Assembly: GCA_002269645.1 (NCBI GenBank)
Contig: NIVC01004896.1
Location: 1-32,069, forward strand
Length of the DNA stretch: 32,069 bases
Source of the DNA: Macrostomum lignano
Lineage: Eukaryota
Direction of reading: 5' to 3'
In this document: one piece after another, positions 11,640-22,700 of the stretch
How positions within the stretch are numbered: the stretch's first letter is position 1
Layout: every line of letters starts with the position of its first letter
Translations under genes and position numbers: made by a program
Notes under the pieces: model-generated
Told to the model about the DNA's origin: nothing
Databases searched by the model: none
What the model saw: the letters and a program-made list of their open reading frames with translations, nothing else

Positions 11640-13225
11640 TCTTCTTTTCTGTTTCCTATCTTCTGTCTCGTCTCTTCTCTCTCTGTCTCCTGTTATCTTT
11701 TCTTTCTTCTTTCCTCTGTCCTCTCTCCTCTTTCGTCTCTTCTCTCGTCTCTTCCCTCTCCCCTCTATTCTTTTCTCTCTCCTCTCCTCTCTTCTCTCTG
11801 GTCTCTGGTCTCTCATATCTCCTTTTTCTTCTTTTATCTCTTCTCATTTCTCTCTGCTCTCTACTCTCTCTTCCCTCTACTCTCTACTCTCTCTTCCCTC
11901 ACCTCTCTTCTCACTCCTTACTCTACCCTCTCTCAACACTTTCCTTATCTCTACTCTCTCCTTTTTCCTCTCTTCTCTCAACTCTCTCCTCTCATGTCTT
12001 CTATTGTCTCTTCCCTCACCTCCTCTCTTGTCTTTGCTCTCTTATCTCTCATTTCTCTTCTTTTATCTTCTCTCTCTTATCTTTTCTCATTTCTCTGCTC
12101 TCTCTCCTCTCCCCCTCTCTCTCATCTCTCATCTCTCACTGCTCTCTCCTGTCCTATCTCTCTTCTCTCTAATCTCTCCCTCTTTCCTCTCCTCTCTCGT
12201 CCTTTTCACCAATTTCCCCTGTCCTCTCGATTCTCTCCCTTCCCCTCCTCTCTCCTCACTCACTTCTCATCTCTCCCTTGTCTCTACCTCTCATCCTTTA
12301 TTTCTTATCTCTCCTCTTTTCTCTCTACTCTCCCATCTCTTGTCTGTTTACTCTCGTTTCCACTCTCTCATCTCCCCTCTCTTATCTGTCATCTTTACTC
12401 TCATATGTTCTCTCACCTCTCTCCCCTTGTACTCCTCTCTTTCCCCTTTTTGACTCAGGAGGACTCGATCTTTTCTTCTTTCTTCTCATCTCTTCTCTTC
12501 TCTCTTCTATACTCTCTCCCTCTCTTGTCTTCTCTCTTCTCTCTCACTCTCCTCTCTCCTCTCTTATATCGTCTGTTCACTCTCATCTTTGCTCTCTCAT
12601 TTCCCTCTCTCTTCTGTCATCTTTACTCTCCTCTCTATTGTGTACTCTTCTCTTTCCCCTCTTCTGACTCCTCTCTTTCCTTACTCCTCTCTTCTCTTCC
12701 CTTTTCTATACTCTTCCCCCTCTATTCTCTTTTCTTGTCTCTCTGCACTCTGCTCTCTCTTCCTTCATCTCTCATCTCTACTCTACTCTCTCATATTTCC
12801 TTTCATCTCACTCATCTCTACAATCTCATCTCTTTCCTCTTTCCTCCTCTTCCCTTTACTCTATAATCTCTCCTTTGTCCTCTCTTCTTTCTTAACTCTC
12901 TCTCTCTCTCTTTTCACTCCTCTCTCCCTCTCTCTCTCCCCTCCTATCTCCTCTCTGTTCTCTTATTCTCTATTCTCTTCTCACTCTTCTCTACTCTCCT
13001 CTCTCATCGATCCTCTGTCTCAGCTCTCCCCTCTTCTCTCTCCATCTTCTCACCTCTACTATTTCCTCTCCCTTCTCTCTCCCCTCCTCTCGCTTCTTCG
13101 TCCCATATTCTCTGCTCTCTCCACAACCTCCTTGTACGTCTCTCCTATTTTCTTCTATCTTTTCTTTTATCCCCTCTCGCCCCTCCTCCCTTTCTAATAG
13201 TCTATTCCTTTTCCTTTTCACTCTC
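11640..13225. repeat. CT-rich low-complexity tract inside Helitron-like copy B (counterpart of 6880-8290)
   Basis: The plus strand is almost exclusively C/T. It is the source of the spurious Leu/Ser ORFs. Confidence 0.97.
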
Positions 13226-14398
13226 ATCTGGCCCGTACCCATGAGCTGGATTCTTTATCTGGCCTTTGAGATAAAAATCTGCCAATCCCTGCTTCGAAAG
13301 CCAGTTTGTGGGACGTAGTACTATCATGGTTGTTATCATTTCTCATGCTTTAATCACGTCATCTTTCTGGTCAATTAGCAGCCCTGAGAGGAATTTGTAT
13401 ATCCCCAGCTCCACCATCACAGTCTGCAGCAGTCTAACAACCATGGAAATACGCATTTCTTAGAAGGCCATTTAAATTTTCAAGTACCTTATGCGAATCT
13501 TAATGTTAAAATTTTCATGGTGTAACTAATTTAGTAGGATTGCATTGTAATCAGTTATTAATTTTTCAATATTTTTACAAACCATCCCACATCGCCTTGA
13601 TTTGCCATCCTTGTTTAACTGCTGCAGACTTGTCTATTCAGAGGACAGTGGTTTGAAATTGAATATCTTGCTAAACTCTCTCCTCTCCACGCCTCTCCAC
13701 TTGCGGGGGGGGGGGGTACAGAGAAGGCTATTAAAAAGTTATTCCAAAACACTGTACATTCGCTATGTACATTGAGCCCTATCGCCTGACCCTTCGTCTG
13801 GGCTGGGGGAGTGAGTGAGTGAGCGGCACAAACAACAGAAAAAGCAGACAAACTTCACATGCTTACAGTTTCTGTCCTGATTGAGATACAGAGTTGAGAC
13901 TTTACATGTAGGCAGAGAATGAGTCAATAAAGAATTGTGTCAAATTTGAAGTCAATTGCTTCACATGGAGCAAAACTATGGCAGCCGAAAGTTAGGCATT
14001 TTAAAACCTATTCACACCCTTTGCCCAGATCGGGAAAGAGAGGCAGGTGGGTGGAGGTTGGGGTGGTTGCTACGCTGAAAAAAACAGCCTAACTTTAAAA
14101 GTGCACAGTGGCTTTCAGGATTAACTTTGAAATTTGAAATTTTACACGATTGTGTCAAAATAGTTGAAAATTGCCTGTGTCAAATTTGAAGAGAATCGGT
14201 AGAAGTGGAGCGGCACTATGGAGGATTTAGTGAAAAAATCGCGCATTTTGAGCAGTTTTTTGTACTTTTAGGTAGGAAGACTTGAGTCTAGGAAATTAAA
14301 AGATAGCCTAAGACATTCTCCATAGTAAGTTTAGGGTAGGTGTAAAGTTTGGTGTCATTTGGTTGAGCGGTTTGGGAGTCCATAGCAAACAAAATTGT

Positions 14399-14399
<1 letters not shown>

Positions 14400-14467
<68 letters not shown>
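14400..14467. repeat. (CA)34 microsatellite near the 5' end of Helitron-like copy B
   Basis: Read directly. The matching site in copy A (~5673-5695) is a short interrupted (GT)n. Confidence 0.98.
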
Positions 14468-14470
<3 letters not shown>

Positions 14471-16126
14471 AGTTTTGATTTTTATAGGTACAGATTTATT
14501 TTTGTCTTAAAAATTGCTTTTTACTATTTTTGTCCCAATTTTTGTTTGTTGTTATTGTAACAATTAGTCAAACCAATTACCAATTATTTTTATAGGTAAC
14601 ACAAGATAAATACTTTAATATCTAAGCTTAAATAAAGTCATTAGGCCTATGCCTATATTCATAATGTAAAGTATAGGCCTAATATTAAACCTAAGAAAAC
14701 TAAGATTGGGGGCCTAGGATTCTTTGACACATAAGGCCCTCTTAGATAAAGAATTGACCCAATTTTTTATTACTTATTGGTTGATGATATAGTATCAAGA
14801 CTAGACAAAAACCTACCTAGTCAATTTGTCATTTATGCAATCTATTTGTGACAATGTCACTTTCTTACTTATTTACTTCTTTCCTATTTTGTGTGAATAG
14901 TGTTGTAGATATAAAACATATATCATCTTTTTCTATATGTACATCACATTTAAATTTAATCTTATTTAATTTATTAGCTTTGATGTTTTTTGTTATACCA
15001 TATGATAGAAGTTAGCAGTATAGGCCCTATAAAATGTATTTCAAATCTATATTTACTCTCGCTGCCTTGCTCATGCCTTCCTCCACACTGTCTCATTATT
15101 ACAATACTACTAATACTATGGTATGCTCAAGTTGCTATCTATAGTATTAGATGTTCTAGATTACTATCAATTATGAATTTATTAAAATAAATTCTCAATA
15201 TCTAATGCTACATTAACATCGTTCAATACTACATTGTAAATAGTTGTTCTAAATTTGTCACTTATTGACCACACCTAGTCCTAGACTCTTAGTGACTTAT
15301 TTGACTTAGGAATAGGGGTCTTGATCTTGATCTTGATCTTGGTTTAAGATCTTAAAAAATCAAGATTTGTGATTATATGATTATTGTTAATGGGTTCTAT
15401 CTACATTCTAGATCATGTTGTAGTATACATTTGAAAATTTGGTTGTGCATTGGCTTTGCATGCCAAAAGTAGGCCTAGATATATATAGTTGGCATGCATC
15501 ACTCCTAAGAAAAGTATTTATTAAGCTTGTAATAAAGCATTTAAACAAATCTTTGCATGTATCAATTTTTCTTTGTGAATAATATTGCCAAAAGAACAAA
15601 AAAATTAACAAAGCCTACTAAAAAGGCTTTTGTTATGCAATTCAAAAAAGGTCATTTATTGTCATAATATAAAAAAGTCATTTATTGTTGCAACACTGGG
15701 CCAGTATTGAAAATGGTTATATATTCAATTTTTTGGTATGCATTTATAACTATTCAATTTTTGTTCAGGCATATACTGTATGACCAATTGATTTTCATTG
15801 GTCTTTGATAGCCAATTGGGGCAACTTGAAGGCTTAAATGCATTGTTAAAGCTTAAATAACTTTAACTTATACTATAAGTTGAAAGACTTAGGTGCATTA
15901 GAACAAAAAGGTTGTGGAACTTTATAGAACTTAATCACTTCTTATATAGAAATAGACTATTTTAAACTTTTAAAAGACTTTTAAATATTTGATAAATCTG
16001 CGGTAAATTCAATTAAAAATAGTCTATAAGATTACTCAAATTGCATTGTTTCTTGGTCTATAACCCATGTAGCTCATATTAAGTAATGATCAAGAATTTT
16101 GTACATCAAAACACCCTATTGCACCT

Positions 16127-16136
16127 TGTTTTGCAG
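16127..16136 (+). promoter_or_regulatory. Probable splice acceptor (TGTTTTGCAG) 28 nt upstream of the RPS15A ATG; either a 5'UTR intron or a trans-splice site
   Basis: A pyrimidine tract plus CAG ends at 16136. The upstream DNA is AT-rich and intron/outron-like. Confidence 0.5.
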
Positions 16137-16164
16137 TAGAGGACCTGACATTAAAAGTGCAAGC

Positions 16165-18272
16165 ATGGTTTGCGTGTCAGTACTAGCCGATGCACTGAAT
16201 CGAATTGTGCACGCTGAAAAGAAGGGCAAACGCCAGGTCCTTCTCAGGCCTTCGTCAAAGGTTATCATTCGCTTTCTGCAGGTAAATAGACTGATCAAAT
16301 AAAATTGTATTTCCCTCACTGTTTCGCATCATCATCATCATTCCAGTGTCTCATTATCATCATTCCAGTGTCTCATCATCATCCCAGTGTCTCATCATCA
16401 TCATCCCAATGTCTCATCATCATATTCCAGTGTCTCATCATCATATTCCAGTGTCTCATAATCATCATTCCAGTGTCTCATCATCATCCCAGTGTCTCAA
16501 CATCATCATCCCAGTGTCTCACCATCATCATCATCCCAGTGTCTCACCATCATCATCATCCCAGTGTCTCATCATCATCACCCCAGTGTCTCACTATCAT
16601 TATCATCCCAGTGTCATCATCATATTCCAATGTCTCATCATCATATTCCAATGTCTCATCATCATATTCCAGTGTCTCATCATCATCACCCCAGTGTCTC
16701 ACTATCATTATCATCCCAGTGTCATCATCATATTCCAATGTCTCATCATCATATTCCAATGTCTCATCATCATATTCCAGTGTCTCATAATCATCATTCC
16801 AGTGTCTCATCATCATGCCAGTGTCTCATTATCATCATCCCAGTGTCTCACTATCATCATCCCAGTGTCTCACTCTCATTATCATCCCAGTGTCTCATCA
16901 TCATCATCATCCCAGTGTCTCATCATCATCACCCCAGTGTCTCACTATCATTATCATCCCAGTGTCATCATCATATTCCAATGTCTCATCATCATATTCC
17001 AATGTCTCATCATCATATTCCAGTGTCTCATCATCATATTCCAGTGTCTCATCATCATGCCAGTGTCTCATTATCATCATCCCAGTGTCTCATCATCATC
17101 ATCCCAGTGTCTCACCATCATCATCCCAGTGTCTCACTCTCATTATCATCCCAGTGTCTCACCATCATCATCCCAGTGTCTCATCATCATCATTCCAGTG
17201 TCTCATCATCATCATCATCCCAGTGTCTCACTATCATCATCATCCCAGTGTCTCACTATCATCATCATCCCAGTGTCGCACTATCATCATCATCCCAGTG
17301 TCGCACTATCATCATCCAAGTGTCTCACCATCATCATCCCAGTGTCTCATCATCATGATCATCCCAGTGTCTCATCATCATCATCATCCCAGTGTCTCAC
17401 CATCATCATCCCAGTGTCTCACTATCATCATCATCCCAGTGTTTCACTATCATCATCATCCCAGTGTCGCACTATCATCATCCCAGTGTCTCACCATCAT
17501 CATCTCAGTGTCTCATCATCAGCATCCCAGTGTCTCGCCATTATCATCCCAGTGTCTCACCATCATCATCCCAGTGTCTCACTATCATCATCATCCCAGT
17601 GTTTCACTATCATCATCATCCCAGTGTCTCACCATCATCATCCCAGTGTCTCACTATCATCATCATCCCAGTGTTTCACTATCATCATCATCCCAGTGTC
17701 GCACTATCATCATCCCAGTGTCTCACCATCATCATCTCAGTGTCTCATCATCAGCATCCCAGTGTCTCGCCATTATCATCCCAGTGTCTCACCATCATCA
17801 TCCCAGTGTCTCATCATCATCATCCCAGTGTCTCATCATCATCCCAGTGTCTCATCATCATCATCCCAGTGTCTCATCATCATCCCAGTGTGTCTCATCA
17901 TCATCATCCCAGTGTCTCATCATCATCATCCTGACTCCTGTCTATCCGCCTCATTACCGCAGTTTTCTATCGCCCCCACCCCCACTCCACTCGCAGGTGA
18001 TGCAGCGCAAGAACTACATCGGCGACTTCGAGGTCATTGACGATCACCGGTCCGGCAAAATCGTAGTAGAACTGAATGGCCGATTGAACAAGTGCAGCGT
18101 AGTCTCGCCTAGATACGATATCCACTTGAAAGATCTGGAAAAGTGGACCTCGGCTATTCTGCCATCGCGCCAGTTCGGCTTCATTGTGCTCACCACCTCC
18201 GGCGGCATCATGGACCACGAGGAGGCCAGGCGGAAGCATCTGGGCGGCAAAATCTTGGGCTACTTTTTCTAG
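16165..18272 (+). CDS. RPS15A: 40S ribosomal protein S15a (uS8), 130 aa; exons 16165-16281 and 17997-18272
   Basis: The spliced product reads [39 protein letters not shown]|[91 protein letters not shown]. This matches eukaryotic uS8 in length and motifs. The intron is phase 0 (cag|GTAAAT...tcgcAG|gtg), with no indels. Confidence 0.97.
16327..17930. repeat. Minisatellite filling the RPS15A intron: constant (C/T)CCAGTGTCT linker plus variable (CAT)n runs, ~19-28-bp units
   Basis: Read directly over ~1.6 kb. It generates the His/Ile/Ser-rich and Asp/Met-rich ORFs in the track. Confidence 0.98.
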
Positions 18273-18382
18273 CCTATTAATAACTCATTTAAATCTGTTT
18301 TAGGTTTGCGAAATGTTCGATTCCCGTGTACCGTCTACTAATTGTAATGGAAAGCGTGTTGCTGTCGTTGATTGAATAATTA

Positions 18383-18388
18383 AATAAA
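18383..18388 (+). terminator. Putative polyadenylation signal AATAAA of RPS15A
   Basis: First AATAAA, ~110 nt after the stop codon. Confidence 0.55.
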
Positions 18389-18607
18389 GTGGACTGCGCG
18401 TCTGTTTAATGCGCCTTTCTGGCGACCTGGTTGGCTTGGAGACAAAAAATTTAAAGATGAAAAATGCGTTCCTCAGCTTAATAAGGCTTCTTTTATCGAT
18501 GGGGGCACATTTTAGTAGATTTAGCAGGTACTCAACAATTAGTGCTTGACAAAATAGATTTCGCTATACGGATGACTGTAGTATGTACTTATTTACATCT
18601 GGCACCG

Positions 18608-18772
18608 TGACTCTCGCATGTCAGACAAGAGACTGACTCTCCCATGTCAGACACTAGAGTGACTCTCGCATGTCAGACTAGACCAGACTGACTCTCGCAT
18701 GTCGGATAGACTAGACTGACTCTCGCATGTCAGACTAGACTATAGACTGACTCTCGCACCTAAGACAGACTG
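18608..18772. repeat. Six-copy tandem array, 19-bp core TGACTCTCGCATGTCAGAC plus 7-12-bp variable linker
   Basis: Read directly. It lies between the convergent 3' ends of RPS15A and the NERD1-like gene. Confidence 0.9.
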
Positions 18773-19214
18773 TTAGACACGGCCTGGCAATTGAAACTAG
18801 TACTTGCAGAAATAAAAAAATAAAACAGCTGTAACGCAGCACTTTATAAAGTACTGATAGCTCTGTTTAGGTTGACTTAAAAAACTATCTACATTAGACA
18901 TTGTCATTTTTGTCACAGCAATTTATTTGACTACATTATTCCAGATTGAGCTAACATATTAATTGTATTTATGAAACAAAATGCGCTAGAAACCTCGCAA
19001 TAAATAAGGGCACAGATTGTTGATATCAATAACTGTATGCAATATCGTGCGTCAATACATTACAAGCAAGCAGGAAAGATCAGCTAGATAAAAGGACACT
19101 AATTTCTACCCAATCGGAAAGCAAATTCAAGCTTATCAAAGACTTTAATCTAAGATTTACTCAAAAGCCTCTACACAGATCTCGAAACCACCCGAAATTC
19201 GTAAAAAATCCTTA

Positions 19215-19700
19215 ACTCGGTGATTAATCGCTCTGAAATCCATGAGAAATCACCCTTGAAATTCACGATAAATCGCTCGCAATCTCGATGAGAAATCGGC
19301 CTCAAACTCTATGAGAAATCGCTCTCAAACTCCATGAGAAATCACCCTCAAAATTCACGATAAATCGCTCGCAATCTCGATGAGAAATCGGCCTCAAACT
19401 CGATGAGAAATCGGCCTTAAACTCTATGAGAAATCGCTCTCAAACTCCATGAGAAATCATCCCCAAAATTCACGATAAATCGCTCGCAATCTCGATGAGA
19501 AATCGGCCTTAAACTCTATGAGAAATCGCTCTCAAACTCCATGAGAAATCACCCCCAAAATTCACGATAAATCGCTCGCAATCTTGATGAGAAATCGGCC
19601 TCAAACTCTATGACAAATCGGCCTCAAAATCTATGAGAAATCGCTCTCAAACTCCATGAGAAATCGCCCTGCAACTTCGTGAAATATCGCCCTCACAATG
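19215..19700. repeat. 23-bp satellite (consensus ATGAGAAATCG..CTCAAACTC.) with a 92-bp four-monomer higher-order repeat
   Basis: Monomer starts at 19288, 19311, 19334 and 19357 are 23 bp apart. Four variant monomers recur in fixed order. Confidence 0.95.
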
Positions 19701-19756
19701 CTTTAAGAAGCAGAGTTTAAACTCCTTAAAAACCTTATTAAAACAAGCCCTCCAAT

Positions 19757-22700
19757 TCAAAACATGAAAAAGGCCAGCGCTAGACAAGCCAGCAAAGCCA
19801 CCGAGCAAATCAGCAGAATCCACTGCCAGTCCGGTGGCAGCTGGCTCAGCCGGAATCTCAGCAGCATCCGCCTGCAGGACAGCGCAATCTCTTGACTACT
19901 ATCAGTAGCAGAGTCTAACACTACAGGCGGCGCCGCCGGTTCGCATGGCAACGTGTGCGACGCTAAAATACGACCATCTTTAGCGTCGACAACAGCGACG
20001 CGACTGTTGCCAATGGCAACAACAACAGTTAACTGGTTTCGATTGGACTTGACTTGCCAGCCAATCAAATACGGGCCGCTGTCGCCGCTGCCGTCCCAGC
20101 GCGACTCGGTGGCCACGCGCCAGCGAAGCTGATCGCCGATGCTCTTGAAAGTGAACCCACCGCCGATGCCGACGTGAGCCGATAAGATGCCGTCGCCGGA
20201 CAGGATGACAACAATGCGACTGGACTTGGGAAAACCTGGATTATTGGGAATTAGAAAAGAATTGAAATATAAAAAATATTTTGAATCCCACAGTTTACTG
20301 AAGCCACCTGTTCACAAACTGAAGCGTCCTCTTGTGAAACTATGTAAAGCTGTTTTTTTGGAAACAGTTTTTGAAAACTAGAAACTGTTTCTTGGAAACA
20401 AACTAGAGGCTGCTTCTTGGAAACAAACTAGAAGCTAGTTCGTGGAAACTCGAAGCACTTTCGTGGCAACAACACTAAATCTGTTTCTAGGAAAAAACTA
20501 AAAGCTGTTTCTTGGAAAAAAACTAGAAGCTGTTTCTTGGAAAAAAAACTAGAAGCTGTTTCTTGGAAAAAAACTAGAAGCTGTTTCTTGGAAACAAACT
20601 AGAAGCTGTTTCTTGGAAACAAACTAGAAGCTGTTTCTTGGAAACAAACTAGAAGCTGCTTCGTGGAAACTCGAAGCACTTTTGTGGAAAAAACACTAAA
20701 TCTGTTTCTTGGAAAAAAACTAGAAGCTGTTTCTTGGAAAAAAACCAGAAGCTGTTTCTTGGAAAAAAACTAGAAGCTGTTTCTTGGAAAAAAACTAGAA
20801 GCTGTTTCTTGGAAACAAACTAGAAGCTGTTTCTTGGAAACAAACTAGAAGCTGTTTCTTGGAAACAAACTAGAAGCTAGTTCGTGGAAACTCGAAGCAC
20901 TTTTGTGGAAAAAACACTAAATCTGTTTCTTGGAAAAAACTAGAAGCTGTTTCTTGGAAAAAAACTAGAAGCTGTTTCTTGGAAAAAAACTAGAAGCTGT
21001 TTCTTGGAAAAAACTAGAAGCTGTTTCTTGGAAACAAACTAGAAGCTGTTTCTTGGAAACAAACTAGAAGCTGTTTCTTGGAAACAAACTAGAAGCTGCT
21101 TCGTGGAAACTCGAAGCACTTTTGTGGAAAAAACACTAAATCTGTTTCTTGGAAAAAACTAGAAGCTGTTTCTTGGAAACAAACTAGAAGCTAGTTCGTG
21201 GAAAAAAACTAGAAGCTGTTTCTTGGAAAAAAACTAGAAGCTGTTTCTTGGAAACAAACTAGAAGCTGTTTCTTGGAAACAAACTAGAAGCTGTTTCTTG
21301 GAAACAAACTAGAAGCTGCTTCGTGGAAACTCGAAGCACTTTTGTGGAAAAAACACTAAATCTGTTTCTTGGAAAAAACTAGAAGCTGTTTCTTGGAAAC
21401 AAACTAGAAGCTAGTTCGTGGAAACTCGAAGCACTTTCGTGGAAACAACACTAAATATGTTTCTAGGAAAAAAGTAGAAGCTGTTTCTTGGAAAAAAACT
21501 AGAAGCTGTTTCTTGGAAAAAACTAGAAGCTGTTTCTTGGAAAAAACTAGAAGCTGTTTCTTGGAAACAAACTAGAAGCTAGTTCGTGGAAACTCGAAGC
21601 ACTTTCGTGGAAACAACACTAAATCTGTTTCTAGGAAAAAACTAGAAGCTGTTTCTTGGAAAAAACTAGAAGCTGTTTCTTGGAAAAAACTAGAAGCTGT
21701 TTCTTGGAAAAAACTAGAAGCTGTTTCTTGGAAAAAACTAGAAGCTGTTTCTTGGAAACAAACTAGAAGCTGTTTCTTGGAAACAAACTAGAAGCTGTTT
21801 CTTGGAAACAAACTAGAAGCTAGTTCGTGGAAACTCGAAGCACTTTCGTGGAAACAACACTAAATCTGTTTCTTGGAAACGATCTCAATGCTATTCTTAG
21901 AAACAACACCAGAATTGTTTCTTGGAAACTCGAAGCCGTTATGTAAAAACAGCATCAAAGCCGTTTCTTGGAATCTATTCCGAACTCGTGCGAAAATCTT
22001 GCGATAGTCTTTCTTGGAAAATGTCCTGACTAACCTCTTCAAAAATTATCTCAAATCTTTGCCGTAAAACAATATTCTCTCACCAAGCAGGTGTCCCAGC
22101 AAGTCTCTCCAACCGCCCTGCTGTCCCGGCGGTGTCGGCAGCAGCAGAGGCACCGCCGGCGTCAAACCAGCCGTCGTCGACTCCTCAACCGATTCGCACA
22201 GATTCTCAAACCGACGCACCCTATCGGGCCGATCTTCAACGCTGGCCGCCTCGGCTGTGCAATTCGGTCCCAAGCCGACTCGAATAGCTCGGTCGTCTCG
22301 ACTGTCAACAATGTCGTAGGCTCCCGGCCGGCCGTCGAGTAGAAGCCGGTGAAGCCTGACTCCGCTGCTCGGATCGTAGAGATCGATGGAGTCGCCAAGG
22401 CGAAGTGCCAACACGTTGCCATCGCGACGGTGACTGGCAGAGCTGGGAGCGCCCTGACTGTCAGAGCTGCTGGGACAGTGCAAGCAGGCTGAGAGCAGCT
22501 TGGCGTCCGAGTCGGAGCGCCAGCTGAATGGCTGCAGTTGTGTGCAATTTGCTCAAATAAATTTTGCAGTTTAATTTCTCGCATTTCTACTGTTAGTAGA
22601 GAAAAAAGATTTTTTATTTTGGAGGACTACGTGACTGGCGTTTTATGATGTAAATTTCCGGGGATTAAGGGATGTGGCTATTGGGGGATTTAGGAATGTG

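Larger units (their letters stand above)
11372..14494 (-). mobile_element. Non-autonomous Helitron-like element, copy B (3.12 kb), inverted relative to copy A
   Basis: The reverse complement starts A|TCTGTACCTATAAAAATC followed by a long (TG)n. It ends CCCCGGGTTCAAAATCCGCGGGTTTCAACAGCTTG|T. It is collinear with 5646-8586 along both non-repetitive arms, with frequent substitutions and small indels. Confidence 0.7.

Noticed and set aside
11531-13242. Second set of Leu/Ser-rich ORFs (up to 415 aa)
   Set aside because: Same artefact in the inverted copy. The shared MRQTLILLAGVLRRM start simply reflects element homology.
5646-14494. Single giant Mutator/foldback element with 3-kb TIRs
   Set aside because: There is no 8-10-bp TSD outside the arms, the arms are substantially diverged, and each arm has its own Helitron-type 5' and 3' ends.
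16305-18040. His-rich ORFs of 161-564 aa, one in frame with RPS15A exon 2
   Set aside because: They come from the (CAT)n-CCAGTGTCT intron array. The canonical splice gives a complete 130-aa uS8 without them.
17967-18250. Antisense ORFs over RPS15A exon 2, and similar shadow ORFs over NERD1-like, NOA1 and SARAF exons
   Set aside because: These are the expected shadow frames of GC-rich coding exons.
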